Positions 36,747 to 45,628 of a stretch of DNA of 62,394 bases are shown piece by piece. The notes beneath the pieces are model-generated. The model was not told where the DNA came from and made no database searches. It saw only the letters and a program-made list of their open reading frames with translations. Source of the DNA: Acutalibacteraceae bacterium (GTDB lineage Bacteria > Bacillota > Clostridia > Oscillospirales > Acutalibacteraceae); assembly GCA_045642495.1 (NCBI GenBank), contig JAZUJA010000087.1:1-62394 (forward strand). Direction: 5' to 3'. The stretch's first letter is position 1. The number at the start of each line of letters is the position of its first letter. The position numbers and the translations under genes were made by a program.

Positions 36747-36852
36747 TTTGCGTTAGCAGAGCATTCGCAACCATAGACGGACTTTCAGTCGGGTGCGAAA
36801 ACTGAAAGTTCGCACCAATGAAATCCTCGAATTAGGTGTCGAGCCCCTAGAC

Positions 36853-36929
<77 letters not shown>

Positions 36930-36982
36930 TGGACTACCGATAATATATCACAGCGGGAGAAAAAATGCAAGAGTTTTTTAAT

Positions 36983-37843
36983 TTATCGCGGAGTATGGCC
37001 TACAAAGAAAACAGCAACCGTTCCGAGACCGCAATGCGAGCCGATAACCGATCCGATTTGAGAATGCTTGATTTTGTTCTTGCTTTCGGGCAAAAGCTTA
37101 ATAATTTCTTCTTCGGTCATATCGGAAAGCTCGGGACAGGCGCAGTTCGAAATATAAATATCCGAACCCTTTTCAATTCGCGATTTAACCTCGTCTGCAA
37201 CAGTTTTGCAGGCGCCGGATTTGCCCTTCGTTTTTTTAAAGGGGATTATTTTACCGGCAGCATCAAGATGCATAACAGGGCAAATTCCGAGTGCAGAAGC
37301 GAATAGAGCAGCCGGTCCCGAAACTCTGCCACTTCTTTTGAAATGACGCATATCAGTTGAAAAGAAAACACTGTGTATTCTGTGTTTTATATCGTTTGCA
37401 AAGTCAGCACATTCCTGCAAATCGGCGCCGCCGGCTTTCAATTCTGCAACCATTTCGCAAAGAAAACCAAAACCGGTTGAAGCGCAAAGCGAGTCAACAA
37501 TCAAAAATTTTCTGTCAGGGTATTCAGATCGCAGATTTTCGGCCGCAACCTCAGCGTTGTGTGCGCTTCCCGAAAGGCCGGAGGAAAAACATATATGAAG
37601 AAAATCACCTTTTTCCAAAAGGGATCTGAAATATGTTTCGTAATCCGCAATGTTAACCTGGCTTGTTTTTGGCATTGCACCACCGCGCATCTGCGCATAA
37701 AACAATTCGTTTTTAACATTTTCGGCGTTATACTCGGTACCGTCTATATAGTAAGAATAGTAAATTGTTTCTATCCCTAACTGTTTCATATATTCTTTTG
37801 AAAGATCCGCCGTTGACTCGGCAGAAAGAATAAAATTGCTCAT
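36983..37843 (-). CDS. DegV family (fatty-acid-binding) protein
   Basis: The ILSAESTADL start and overall length are typical of DegV. Start at MSNF follows AAGGAGG. Confidence 0.75.
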   Translation of the reverse strand: MSNFILSAESTADLSKEYMKQLGIETIYYSYYIDGTEYNAENVKNELFYAQMRGGAMPKTSQVNIADYETYFRSLLEKGDFLHICFSSGLSGSAHNAEVAAENLRSEYPDRKFLIVDSLCASTGFGFLCEMVAELKAGGADLQECADFANDIKHRIHSVFFSTDMRHFKRSGRVSGPAALFASALGICPVMHLDAAGKIIPFKKTKGKSGACKTVADEVKSRIEKGSDIYISNCACPELSDMTEEEIIKLLPESKNKIKHSQIGSVIGSHCGLGTVAVFFVGHTPR

Positions 37844-37937
37844 AGCATTTCCTCCTTTTTTTAACATTTGCATTATTGCCGATTTTCTTTATGCTTTCAA
37901 CCTACTGTAAATATGAAATACTAAACTGTGAAAAGCT

Positions 37938-37973
37938 TATTGGTAGAGTTATGAAAAATTAACTCTACCAATA
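37938..37973. promoter_or_regulatory. Perfect 14-bp inverted repeat (candidate operator) in the degV / XRE-regulator divergent intergenic region
   Basis: TATTGGTAGAGTTA (37938-37951), 8-nt spacer, TAACTCTACCAATA (37960-37973). It ends 12 nt upstream of the -35 of the XRE gene promoter. Confidence 0.5.
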
Positions 37974-37985
37974 GGAGAGTTTCCC

Positions 37986-38014
37986 TTGAAAATGCGGGTT
38001 TGATGTGTTATAAT
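37986..38014 (+). promoter_or_regulatory. Sigma-A-like promoter of the XRE-family gene
   Basis: TTGAAA (37986-37991), 17-nt spacer with a TGn extension, TATAAT (38009-38014). Confidence 0.6.
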
Positions 38015-38041
38015 GCAAAATGAGAGAGGAGAAAGATACAG

Positions 38042-38638
38042 ATGGATGAATTAAAATTTATTATTGCTAAAAATATTTCAAATCTTCGTCGCTCGGCAGG
38101 AATGACACAGCTTAACCTTGCTGAAAAGTTAAATTATTCCGATAAGGCAATATCAAAGTGGGAGCGAGGAGAATCGGTTCCCGATCTGTTCGTTCTTAAA
38201 ACGATAGCGGATAATTTCGGAGTAACGGTCGATTATCTCTTGACCGAAGATCACTCAAAGGAAAAACCGAATAAAAGGGAATTCTCTTCCAGAAATCACA
38301 TTATCATTACGATTATTTCAATTCTTCTTGTTTGGAACATCGCAACGGTTGTTTATGTTGTTTTTTCTTTTGCAACCAAAATCGGGTTTTGGTCGGCGGT
38401 GCCGTTTATGGTTGCCGTTCCCGTTTCTTTTATAGTATGGCTTGTTTTCAATTCAATATGGTTTAACAGGAAATTGAATTATCTTATTATATCGCTTCTT
38501 ATGTGGTCGGTATTTCTGTGCGCTTATCTTGTGCTTTGGGGAAGGATCGAAGGATTTTGGCGCATCTTTTTTGTCGGAATTCCGGCTCAGGCAATCATTT
38601 CGGCTTGGTCTTTTATAAAAAGAAAAAAAGACAAGTGA
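38042..38638 (+). CDS. XRE-family HTH regulator fused to a C-terminal multi-TM domain
   Basis: HTH_3 pattern (NLRRSAGMTQLNLAEKLNYSDKAISKWERGESVPD) followed by about 4 hydrophobic helices. Confidence 0.75.
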   Translation: MDELKFIIAKNISNLRRSAGMTQLNLAEKLNYSDKAISKWERGESVPDLFVLKTIADNFGVTVDYLLTEDHSKEKPNKREFSSRNHIIITIISILLVWNIATVVYVVFSFATKIGFWSAVPFMVAVPVSFIVWLVFNSIWFNRKLNYLIISLLMWSVFLCAYLVLWGRIEGFWRIFFVGIPAQAIISAWSFIKRKKDK

Positions 38639-38715
38639 TAAAAAATATTGAAAAATCAATCTGTTTAATTTATAATATCCTATATATTCACATTTTTATA
38701 ATTTAGGTGGTTAAA

Positions 38716-40152
38716 ATGGCTAAAAACGAAAAAATGGTTAAAGACATTACCTCGATGGATGAGGATTTTGCAAAATGGTACACCGATGTTTGCTTAAAGG
38801 CAGAGCTTATCGATTATACCTCGGTTAAGGGTTGCCTTGTTATCAGGCCTTACGGTTATGCTATCTGGGAAAACATTCAGCATATTATGGACTCAAAGTT
38901 CAAAGAACTCGGTCATGAAAATGTTTGTATGCCGCTTTTCATTCCCGAAAGTCTTTTGCAGAAAGAAAAGGATCATGTTGAGGGCTTTGCGCCTGAGGTT
39001 GCATGGGTAACCATGGGCGGTGAAGAAAAACTTGAAGAGCGCCTTTGCGTTCGCCCGACATCTGAAACACTTTTCTGTGATCACTTCAAAAACACCGTTC
39101 ATTCTTATCGCGATTTGCCGAAACTTTATAATCAGTGGTGCAGTGTTGTCCGCTGGGAAAAGACCACCCGCCCGTTCCTTAGAAGCCGTGAATTTTTGTG
39201 GCAGGAGGGTCACACCCTTCACTCCTCTGCCGAGGAGGCAAAAAAAGAGACCGAGCAGATGCTTAATGTTTATGCCGATTTTGCCGAAAAGGTACTTGCT
39301 ATCCCGGTAATCAAGGGACAGAAAACCGAGAAAGAGCGTTTTGCCGGTGCTGAGGCAACATATACTGTTGAGGCGCTTATGCATGACGGTAAAGCCCTTC
39401 AAAGCGGAACTTCCCATTATTTCGGTGATGGTTTTTCAAGAGCTTTTGAGGTTCAATACACCGATAAAGAAAACAAACTTGTTTATCCGCATCAAACTTC
39501 TTGGGGCGTTTCAACACGCCTTATCGGTGCGATCATCATGACCCACGGTGATGATAACGGTTTGGTTCTTCCTCCCGCTATCGCTCCTATCCAAACGGTT
39601 ATTATCCCCATCGCTTCCCATAAGCCCGGCGTTACCGAAAAGGCGCAGGAAATCTGCGATAGACTTAAATCGGTTTGCAGAGTTCGTCTTGATGTTTCCG
39701 AGCAGACGCCCGGTTGGAAGTTTGCTGAATATGAAATGAAGGGCGTTCCGCTTCGTATCGAAATCGGTCCGCGCGATATAGAAAACAATCAGTGTGTTGT
39801 TGTTCGCCGCGATAACCGTGAAAAGATAACGTTTAACCTTGATGAAATCGAAACCGAAATTCCGAAGCTTCTTGATGCCGTTCACGAAGGTCTTTATGAA
39901 AAGGCACTTGAACGCCGCACTAATATGACATACGATGCCAAAACTATGGAAGAACTTATATCAATAGCCGATAATAAGCCCGGATTTATCAGAGCTATGT
40001 GGTGCGGTGACGAGGCATGCGAAAACGAGCTTAAAGAAAAAGCCGGTGTTACATCCCGCTGTATCCCCTTTGAGCAGGAAACCCTTTCCGATACCTGCGT
40101 TTGCTGCGGCAAAAAAGCAAAACACATGCTTTATTGGGGCAAGGCTTATTGA
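38716..40152 (+). CDS. proS: Proline--tRNA ligase (archaeal/eukaryote-like short type)
   Basis: About 478 aa with class II motifs, a Zn-binding C-terminal domain (CIPFEQE...CVCCGKKA) and the characteristic C-terminal Tyr. ATG at 38716 follows AGGTGG. Confidence 0.9.
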   Translation: MAKNEKMVKDITSMDEDFAKWYTDVCLKAELIDYTSVKGCLVIRPYGYAIWENIQHIMDSKFKELGHENVCMPLFIPESLLQKEKDHVEGFAPEVAWVTMGGEEKLEERLCVRPTSETLFCDHFKNTVHSYRDLPKLYNQWCSVVRWEKTTRPFLRSREFLWQEGHTLHSSAEEAKKETEQMLNVYADFAEKVLAIPVIKGQKTEKERFAGAEATYTVEALMHDGKALQSGTSHYFGDGFSRAFEVQYTDKENKLVYPHQTSWGVSTRLIGAIIMTHGDDNGLVLPPAIAPIQTVIIPIASHKPGVTEKAQEICDRLKSVCRVRLDVSEQTPGWKFAEYEMKGVPLRIEIGPRDIENNQCVVVRRDNREKITFNLDEIETEIPKLLDAVHEGLYEKALERRTNMTYDAKTMEELISIADNKPGFIRAMWCGDEACENELKEKAGVTSRCIPFEQETLSDTCVCCGKKAKHMLYWGKAY

Positions 40153-40168
40153 TAACTGAAAATGAATT

Positions 40169-40196
40169 ATCCCGAACGTTTTGTTCGGGATTTTTT
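40169..40196 (+). terminator. Intrinsic terminator after proS
   Basis: ATCCCGAAC-GTTTT-GTTCGGGAT followed by TTTTTT. Confidence 0.85.
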
Positions 40197-40205
40197 ATTT
40201 ACCCC

Positions 40206-40255
40206 TTGACAAGGTAGGTTGGTTGTGTTATAATCAACCTACCACCTAAGTAGGT
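40206..40255 (+). promoter_or_regulatory. cysK-operon promoter embedded in GTAGGT/ACCTAC inverted repeats (candidate Rrf2 operator)
   Basis: TTGACA (40206-11), 17-nt spacer, TGnTATAAT with the -10 at 40229-34. A perfect 9-bp inverted repeat GGTAGGTTG (40213-21) / CAACCTACC (40235-43) brackets the -10. A second small palindrome ACCTA-AG-TAGGT lies at 40244-55. Confidence 0.6.
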
Positions 40256-40289
40256 AATACATAAAAACACATAAAGTGAGGAAATTAAA

Positions 40290-41222
40290 ATGGCTAAAAT
40301 CTATACTGCTGTCGATCAGCTTATCGGCAAAACCCCGCTTCTTGAACTCTCTCATATTGAAGCGGCAGAAAAACTTGAAGCAAAAATCATCGCAAAACTT
40401 GAATATTTTAACCCTGCCGGCTCTGTTAAGGACAGAGTTGCAAAGGAAATGATCGATGATGCCGAAAGATCCGGTAAATTAATCCCCGATTCCGTTATTA
40501 TCGAGCCCACATCCGGAAATACCGGCATCGGTCTTGCCGCAGTTGCCGCTGCAAGAGGTTATCGCGTTATCATCGTTATGCCCGATACTATGAGCGTTGA
40601 GCGCAGAACCTTGATGAAGGCTTATGGCGCAGAGCTTGTTCTTTCCGAAGGCGCAAAGGGTATGAGCGGTGCTATCGCAAAGGCGGAAGAACTAAAACGC
40701 GAAATCCCCGGTGCATTTATCGCAGGTCAGTTTGTAAACAAAGCAAACCCTGCCGCACATAGAAAGACCACCGGTCCCGAGATTTTTGAGGATACCGACG
40801 GCGAGGTTGATATTTTCGTTGCAGGTGTCGGCACAGGCGGCACAGTAACCGGTGTTGGCGAATATCTTAAATCCAAAAAGCCGGATGTTAAGGTCGTTGC
40901 CGTTGAGCCGGAATCGTCTGCCGTTCTTTCAACCGGTGTTGCAGGTGCGCATAAAATTCAGGGCATCGGCGCAGGCTTTGTTCCCGAGGTGTTAAACACC
41001 GATATTTATGATGAAATAATTCCCATTTCCAATGAAGATGCTTTTGCAACCGGCAAACTTATCGGCAAAAAGGAAGGTGTTCTTGTGGGCATTTCCTCAG
41101 GCGCCGCAGTTGCCGCCGCTATCAAGCTTGCAAAGCGCCCCGAAAACAAGGGTAAGAACATCGTTGTTCTTCTTCCCGACACCGGCGACCGTTACCTTTC
41201 AACCGCACTTTTTGCCGATTGA
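40290..41222 (+). CDS. cysK: Cysteine synthase A (O-acetylserine sulfhydrylase)
   Basis: PLP-lysine block [19 protein letters not shown] and the GTGGT loop. Confidence 0.9.
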   Translation: MAKIYTAVDQLIGKTPLLELSHIEAAEKLEAKIIAKLEYFNPAGSVKDRVAKEMIDDAERSGKLIPDSVIIEPTSGNTGIGLAAVAAARGYRVIIVMPDTMSVERRTLMKAYGAELVLSEGAKGMSGAIAKAEELKREIPGAFIAGQFVNKANPAAHRKTTGPEIFEDTDGEVDIFVAGVGTGGTVTGVGEYLKSKKPDVKVVAVEPESSAVLSTGVAGAHKIQGIGAGFVPEVLNTDIYDEIIPISNEDAFATGKLIGKKEGVLVGISSGAAVAAAIKLAKRPENKGKNIVVLLPDTGDRYLSTALFAD

Positions 41223-41234
41223 GGAGGAAAACTC

Positions 41235-42425
41235 TTGATTTATGCAGATAACGCGGCAACAACCGATATTAGCCGCAGAGCCATTGATGAAATGGTGAAA
41301 ATTATGACCGAATGCGGCGGAAATCCGTCAAGCTTATATGCTTTCGGTCAAAAGGCAAAGGATGCTCTTGAAGACGCGCGTGAGAGAATAGCCGCCTGTT
41401 TGGGTGCTGATCCGCGCGAAATAACCTTCACATCGGGCGGAAGCGAGGCGGATAATCAGGCGATAATAACCGCCGCGGCAATCGGTGCGCGCAAGGGCAG
41501 GAAACATATTATCTCAACTGCTTTCGAGCATCACGCCGTTCTTCACACATTAAAACAACTTGAAGATGAGGGCTTTAAGATAACCCTGCTTCCCGTTCAC
41601 GAAAACGGCATCGTTCGCCTTGATGAACTTGTTGAAGCGATAGACGATGAAACCTGCCTTGTAACGGTTATGTTTGCAAATAATGAAATCGGAACGGTGC
41701 AGCCCATAAAGGAAATCGGCGAAATATGCCGTGAAAAAGGCGTTTTATTTCATACTGATGCCGTTCAGGCGGTCGGTCATATCGAAGTTAATGTCAGTGA
41801 ACAAAATATTGATATGCTTTCTCTTTCCGCGCATAAATTCCACGGACCTAAGGGAATAGGTGTGCTTTATGCAAAAAGAGGAATAGCGCTGAAACCGCTG
41901 ATAAACGGCGGTGCGCAAGAGCGCGGCAAACGCGCAGGCACCGAGAATGTTGCCGCTGTTTGCGCAATGGCAACGGCACTTGAAGACGCCGTGAACGCTC
42001 TTCCCGAATACACAAAAAAGGTTACCGCAATTCGCGAAAAACTTATAGAGGGAATATCAAAAATCCCGTACAGCGAGCTAAACGGCGACCGCACATCCCG
42101 TGTTCCCGGAACTGTAAATTTCTGTTTTGAGGGCATTGAGGGTGAATCACTTCTTTTGATGCTCGACGATAAGGGGATATGCGCCTCCTCCGGCTCTGCC
42201 TGCACATCGGGTTCGCTTGATCCGAGCCATGTTTTGCTTGCTATCGGCCGTCCGCATGAGGTTGCACACGGCTCTTTGCGCCTTTCGTTTGATGTTGATT
42301 TATCCGAGGAAGATGCAGATTATATAATCAAAACGGTCGGCGAGGTTGTGGCACATCTGCGAGGTATGTCACCCTTCTGGCGTGACCTTCAAAGCGGAAA
42401 AAGACCGCATTTGTTTTCAGAATAG
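41235..42425 (+). CDS. iscS: Cysteine desulfurase (IscS/NifS-type)
   Basis: YADNAATT, SAHKFHGPKGIG and SSGSACTSG motifs. TTG start follows GAGGAGG. Confidence 0.85.
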   Translation: MIYADNAATTDISRRAIDEMVKIMTECGGNPSSLYAFGQKAKDALEDARERIAACLGADPREITFTSGGSEADNQAIITAAAIGARKGRKHIISTAFEHHAVLHTLKQLEDEGFKITLLPVHENGIVRLDELVEAIDDETCLVTVMFANNEIGTVQPIKEIGEICREKGVLFHTDAVQAVGHIEVNVSEQNIDMLSLSAHKFHGPKGIGVLYAKRGIALKPLINGGAQERGKRAGTENVAAVCAMATALEDAVNALPEYTKKVTAIREKLIEGISKIPYSELNGDRTSRVPGTVNFCFEGIEGESLLLMLDDKGICASSGSACTSGSLDPSHVLLAIGRPHEVAHGSLRLSFDVDLSEEDADYIIKTVGEVVAHLRGMSPFWRDLQSGKRPHLFSE

Positions 42426-42435
42426 GGGTGTCTTT

Positions 42436-42867
42436 ATGGGATTATACAGTGAAAAAGTTATGGATCATTTCCGCAATCCGCGCAACGTCGGCGTTTTAGA
42501 GGATGCCAACGGTGTGGGCGAGGTCGGCAATGCCGTTTGCGGAGATATTATGAAAATTTATCTTAAAATCGAAGACGATATTATAAAGGATGTTAAGTTT
42601 GAAACATTCGGTTGCGGCAGTGCCATTGCTTCAAGCTCAATGGCAACCGAGCTTATAAAGGGCAAGCCGTTAAGCGAAGCGCTGGCTCTTACAAATAAAG
42701 CGGTCACCGAAGCACTTGACGGTCTTCCCGCACACAAGATCCACTGTTCCGTTCTTGCCGAGGAGGCAATCAAAAAAGCGGTTAAGGATTATTATGACCG
42801 AAGCGGCATAGCTTATGATAAGCAAATGTTCCCCGATTGTGAACATTGCGAGGGCTGTTGCCACTGA
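42436..42867 (+). CDS. iscU: Fe-S cluster scaffold IscU/NifU-like, with an extra Cys-rich C-terminal tail
   Basis: GNAVCGD, FGCGSAIASSS and HCSVLAEEA scaffold motifs. The tail is DCEHCEGCCH. Start at MGLYSEKV (42436). Confidence 0.85.
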   Translation: MGLYSEKVMDHFRNPRNVGVLEDANGVGEVGNAVCGDIMKIYLKIEDDIIKDVKFETFGCGSAIASSSMATELIKGKPLSEALALTNKAVTEALDGLPAHKIHCSVLAEEAIKKAVKDYYDRSGIAYDKQMFPDCEHCEGCCH

Positions 42868-43922
42868 TGAAAGCACTTATTGCCATGAGCGGCGGTGTTG
42901 ACAGCAGCGTTGCCGCCTTGTCGGTAAAAAATATGGGTTATGAGTGCGTTGGATGCACGATGAAGCTTTATGAAACTCCGCTAACCGATTTTCAAAAAAG
43001 CTGTTGTTCGCTATCTGATACCGAGGATGCAAGAAGCGTTGCTCGAAAACTTTCAATGCCTTATTATGTTTTTAATTTTAAGGATGAATTTGAAACAAAG
43101 GTTATTGATAAATTCATAAAAGCGTATGAGCAGGGCAGAACCCCAAATCCCTGCATAGACTGTAACCGTTTTATGAAATTTGATAAACTGTTTTTGCGCG
43201 CTCAGATTATGGGGTGTGAAAAAATCGCAACGGGGCATTACGCAAGGGTTCGGTTTGAAAACGGCAAATATCAGCTTTCAAAGGCGCTTGATGAAACGAA
43301 AGATCAAAGCTATGTTTTGTATTCTTTCACGCAGGAGCAGTTATCGCATGTTTTGTTTCCGCTGGGTGAGCTTCGCAAAACGCAGGTGCGCGAGATTGCA
43401 AGGCAAAATGGATTTCAAACGGCTGATAAACCCGATAGCCAGGATATTTGCTTTGTTCCCGGCGGCGATTATGCCGATTTTATTTCCCGCCACTCAAAAA
43501 ATCCTGCCGAAGAGGGCGATTTTATCGGGGAAAACGGTGAAATTCTCGGCAGACATAAAGGAATAATCCACTATACAGTCGGTCAGCGAAAGGGGCTCGG
43601 TCTTTCATTTGGAAAACCGATGTTTGTCAGCAAAATTTCAAAAAGCGAAAACGCTGTTTATTTAAGCGGCAAAGAGGGACTTTATTCGAGCGAATGTCTG
43701 GTTGAAAATTTTAACTGGATTTCGGGCGAAGCACCGAAAGATCCTGTTAAATGTGCGGTCAAAATCCGTTACCGCAAACCCGAAGAGCCGGCAACTCTTT
43801 ATCCGCTTGAAAACGGAAATGTTAAAATAATATTTGATGCGCCCCAACGCGCCGTAACGCCCGGTCAGGCGGCTGTTGCATATAGCGGCGATGTTGTGAT
43901 TGGCGGCGGTGAAATTATTTAA
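42867..43922 (+). CDS. mnmA: tRNA 2-thiouridine(34) synthase
   Basis: PP-loop AMSGGVDSS, the NPCIDCNR motif and DSQDICF. The ATG overlaps the iscU TGA by 1 nt. Confidence 0.9.
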   Translation: MKALIAMSGGVDSSVAALSVKNMGYECVGCTMKLYETPLTDFQKSCCSLSDTEDARSVARKLSMPYYVFNFKDEFETKVIDKFIKAYEQGRTPNPCIDCNRFMKFDKLFLRAQIMGCEKIATGHYARVRFENGKYQLSKALDETKDQSYVLYSFTQEQLSHVLFPLGELRKTQVREIARQNGFQTADKPDSQDICFVPGGDYADFISRHSKNPAEEGDFIGENGEILGRHKGIIHYTVGQRKGLGLSFGKPMFVSKISKSENAVYLSGKEGLYSSECLVENFNWISGEAPKDPVKCAVKIRYRKPEEPATLYPLENGNVKIIFDAPQRAVTPGQAAVAYSGDVVIGGGEII

Positions 43923-43935
43923 TGAGGTATTGTTT

Positions 43936-44337
43936 ATGATGATTTCAACAAGGGGCAGATATGCCCTGCGCGTTATGATAGATATGGCGGAAAACGGTTT
44001 AGAGCGTTACACGCCGATGAAAGAACTTTCAACACGGCAAAATATTTCACTTAAATATATGGAAAAAATAATGCCCGTTCTCGTTGTAAACGGACTTGTT
44101 GAGGGAATTCACGGCAAGGGCGGCGGATATAAGCTGACCAAAGACCCGAAGGACTATACCGTAGGGGAAATTCTTCGCGTAACCGAAGGAGATCTGGCGC
44201 CGGTTGCCTGCCTTGAATGTAACGCGCAAAAATGCGAAAGAAATGCTGAATGCAGAACGCTTCCGATGTGGAAAGAACTGAATGATAGGATAAACGATTA
44301 TCTTGGCAGTGTATCTCTTGCGGATCTTATGAAATGA
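43936..44337 (+). CDS. Rrf2-family transcriptional regulator (IscR/CymR-like) with a three-Cys cluster-ligand pattern
   Basis: STRGRYALRVMIDMA start and a winged helix. The segment PVACLECNAQKCERNAECR supplies Cys ligands. Confidence 0.85.
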   Translation: MMISTRGRYALRVMIDMAENGLERYTPMKELSTRQNISLKYMEKIMPVLVVNGLVEGIHGKGGGYKLTKDPKDYTVGEILRVTEGDLAPVACLECNAQKCERNAECRTLPMWKELNDRINDYLGSVSLADLMK

Positions 44338-44343
44338 TATAAA

Positions 44344-44380
44344 AAGAGCAGTAGTTTTGCACTACTGCTCTTTCTGCTTT
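44344..44380. terminator. Bidirectional terminator after the rrf2 gene and the convergent lipoprotein gene
   Basis: AAGAGCAGTAGT-TTTGC-ACTACTGCTCTT is a perfect 12-bp stem. Confidence 0.85.
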
Positions 44381-44388
44381 TAATATTA

Positions 44389-44790
44389 TCAGTTAAATGG
44401 GATAAGCGGAGTTGTAACGCCGCCGTTCGGTCCGGCATTTCCGGGGTTGCTGCCTGTGTTACTGCTCGTATTATCTGCCGGCTTATCGGCGGTTTGGTTA
44501 TTATTTGTGTTGTCGGCAGGTTTGTTGGTTTCTGCCTTACTTTCGGAGGCACTTTCTTTTTTCGAAGAAGCGGAAGAATTGTCTTTTTTGCCGCTTTCCG
44601 ATTTGGAAGATGTAGTGTTTTCAGAACTTGCGGCGGAGGATTCGTTTTTGTCCTCGCTTGTGTTCTCACTCACGGTCTCGCTTGAAGAAGTTTCCGCTTT
44701 TTTGCTTTCGTTATCCTTTTTATCGGATTTGCAAGCGCAAAGGGAAAAGATGAAAAGTGCGCATAAAAGGGTTGCAAACAACTTTTTCAT
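44389..44790 (-). CDS. Small Ser/Asn/Lys/Glu-rich lipoprotein, predicted to be disordered
   Basis: MKKLFATLLCALFIFSLCAC lipobox followed by low-complexity sequence. RBS GTGAGG lies upstream. Confidence 0.6.
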   Translation of the reverse strand: MKKLFATLLCALFIFSLCACKSDKKDNESKKAETSSSETVSENTSEDKNESSAASSENTTSSKSESGKKDNSSASSKKESASESKAETNKPADNTNNNQTADKPADNTSSNTGSNPGNAGPNGGVTTPLIPFN

Positions 44791-44801
44791 AAATAAAAAC
44801 C

Positions 44802-45545
44802 TCACTTTATAAGAGCTTGTTTTAATTTTGCGTTCTTTTGAAGAACGGGTATGAATGATTCAACCGACATTTTAAGATGGTCGTCCCCCGAAACAAATTC
44901 AAGCACCTTTGCTTTTGCTTCGTCATTTTCAATTCCGGCGGCGCTGATAATGGCAACCAATGTATTAACAACATCTTTATCGCCGTTTATATAAGCGTTT
45001 TCAAACATTTCGAAAAGCTTTTTGTTTGCCTTTGCGTTTCCGGCATCAACGGTTGCTTTAACACGCGGAACAAGGTTTTCGCCGAAGAAATCAAGATAAA
45101 GGAAATTGCCGTATTTGGCAACATGCGCTTTATAAGTATCTTTAAGATCAGGATAAATATCAAGCACCTTTTTTGAAAAAGCGGTTACATTATAAGCGCC
45201 GTCCTTTGAAAAGGTGGGAAGGTCAACCTGCGCATCGGAAGGCTTTACGATCTTTATGCCGAGATTTGTTCTGACGGTATCGCAAAAGTCCATACCAACC
45301 GTTGCGGCATCCTTTTCGGTCTGTCCGTCGTCAAAAAGCCAAGCGGTTATCTCGGCAAACTCGATTTTTTCGTCCTCATTAACATCTGCCATAAGCAGAA
45401 TATAACTCTGTCTTTTTTCATCATATTCTATTTTTACGGCCTTTTTATCGTTTTTATAACTGCCGTCCTCACATTTTGCAAAGCCCTGTTCATCAAAAAG
45501 GGGCTTGATTTCGGCAATAACATTATCAATATAGCGGTTATCCAA
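44802..45545 (-). CDS. Hypothetical cytoplasmic protein
   Basis: Long ORF with no motif I recognise. I propose a TTG start at 45545, 8 nt after GGAG. The ORF-track ATG at 45629 would overlap the rsmA promoter region. Confidence 0.4.
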   Translation of the reverse strand: MDNRYIDNVIAEIKPLFDEQGFAKCEDGSYKNDKKAVKIEYDEKRQSYILLMADVNEDEKIEFAEITAWLFDDGQTEKDAATVGMDFCDTVRTNLGIKIVKPSDAQVDLPTFSKDGAYNVTAFSKKVLDIYPDLKDTYKAHVAKYGNFLYLDFFGENLVPRVKATVDAGNAKANKKLFEMFENAYINGDKDVVNTLVAIISAAGIENDEAKAKVLEFVSGDDHLKMSVESFIPVLQKNAKLKQALIK

Positions 45546-45628
45546 AAAACTCACTCCTAAATTATTTTTTACTATTGTATCACAAAAATTCCGCTTTGTC
45601 ATTCTTTTTTTTCTTGAAACAACACTCA

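Noticed and set aside
38639-38715. Search for T-box or other leaders upstream of proS and trpS.
   Set aside because: The intergenic regions (77 nt and 18 nt) are too short, and they lack the GGGTGGTACCGCG core seen upstream of pheS.
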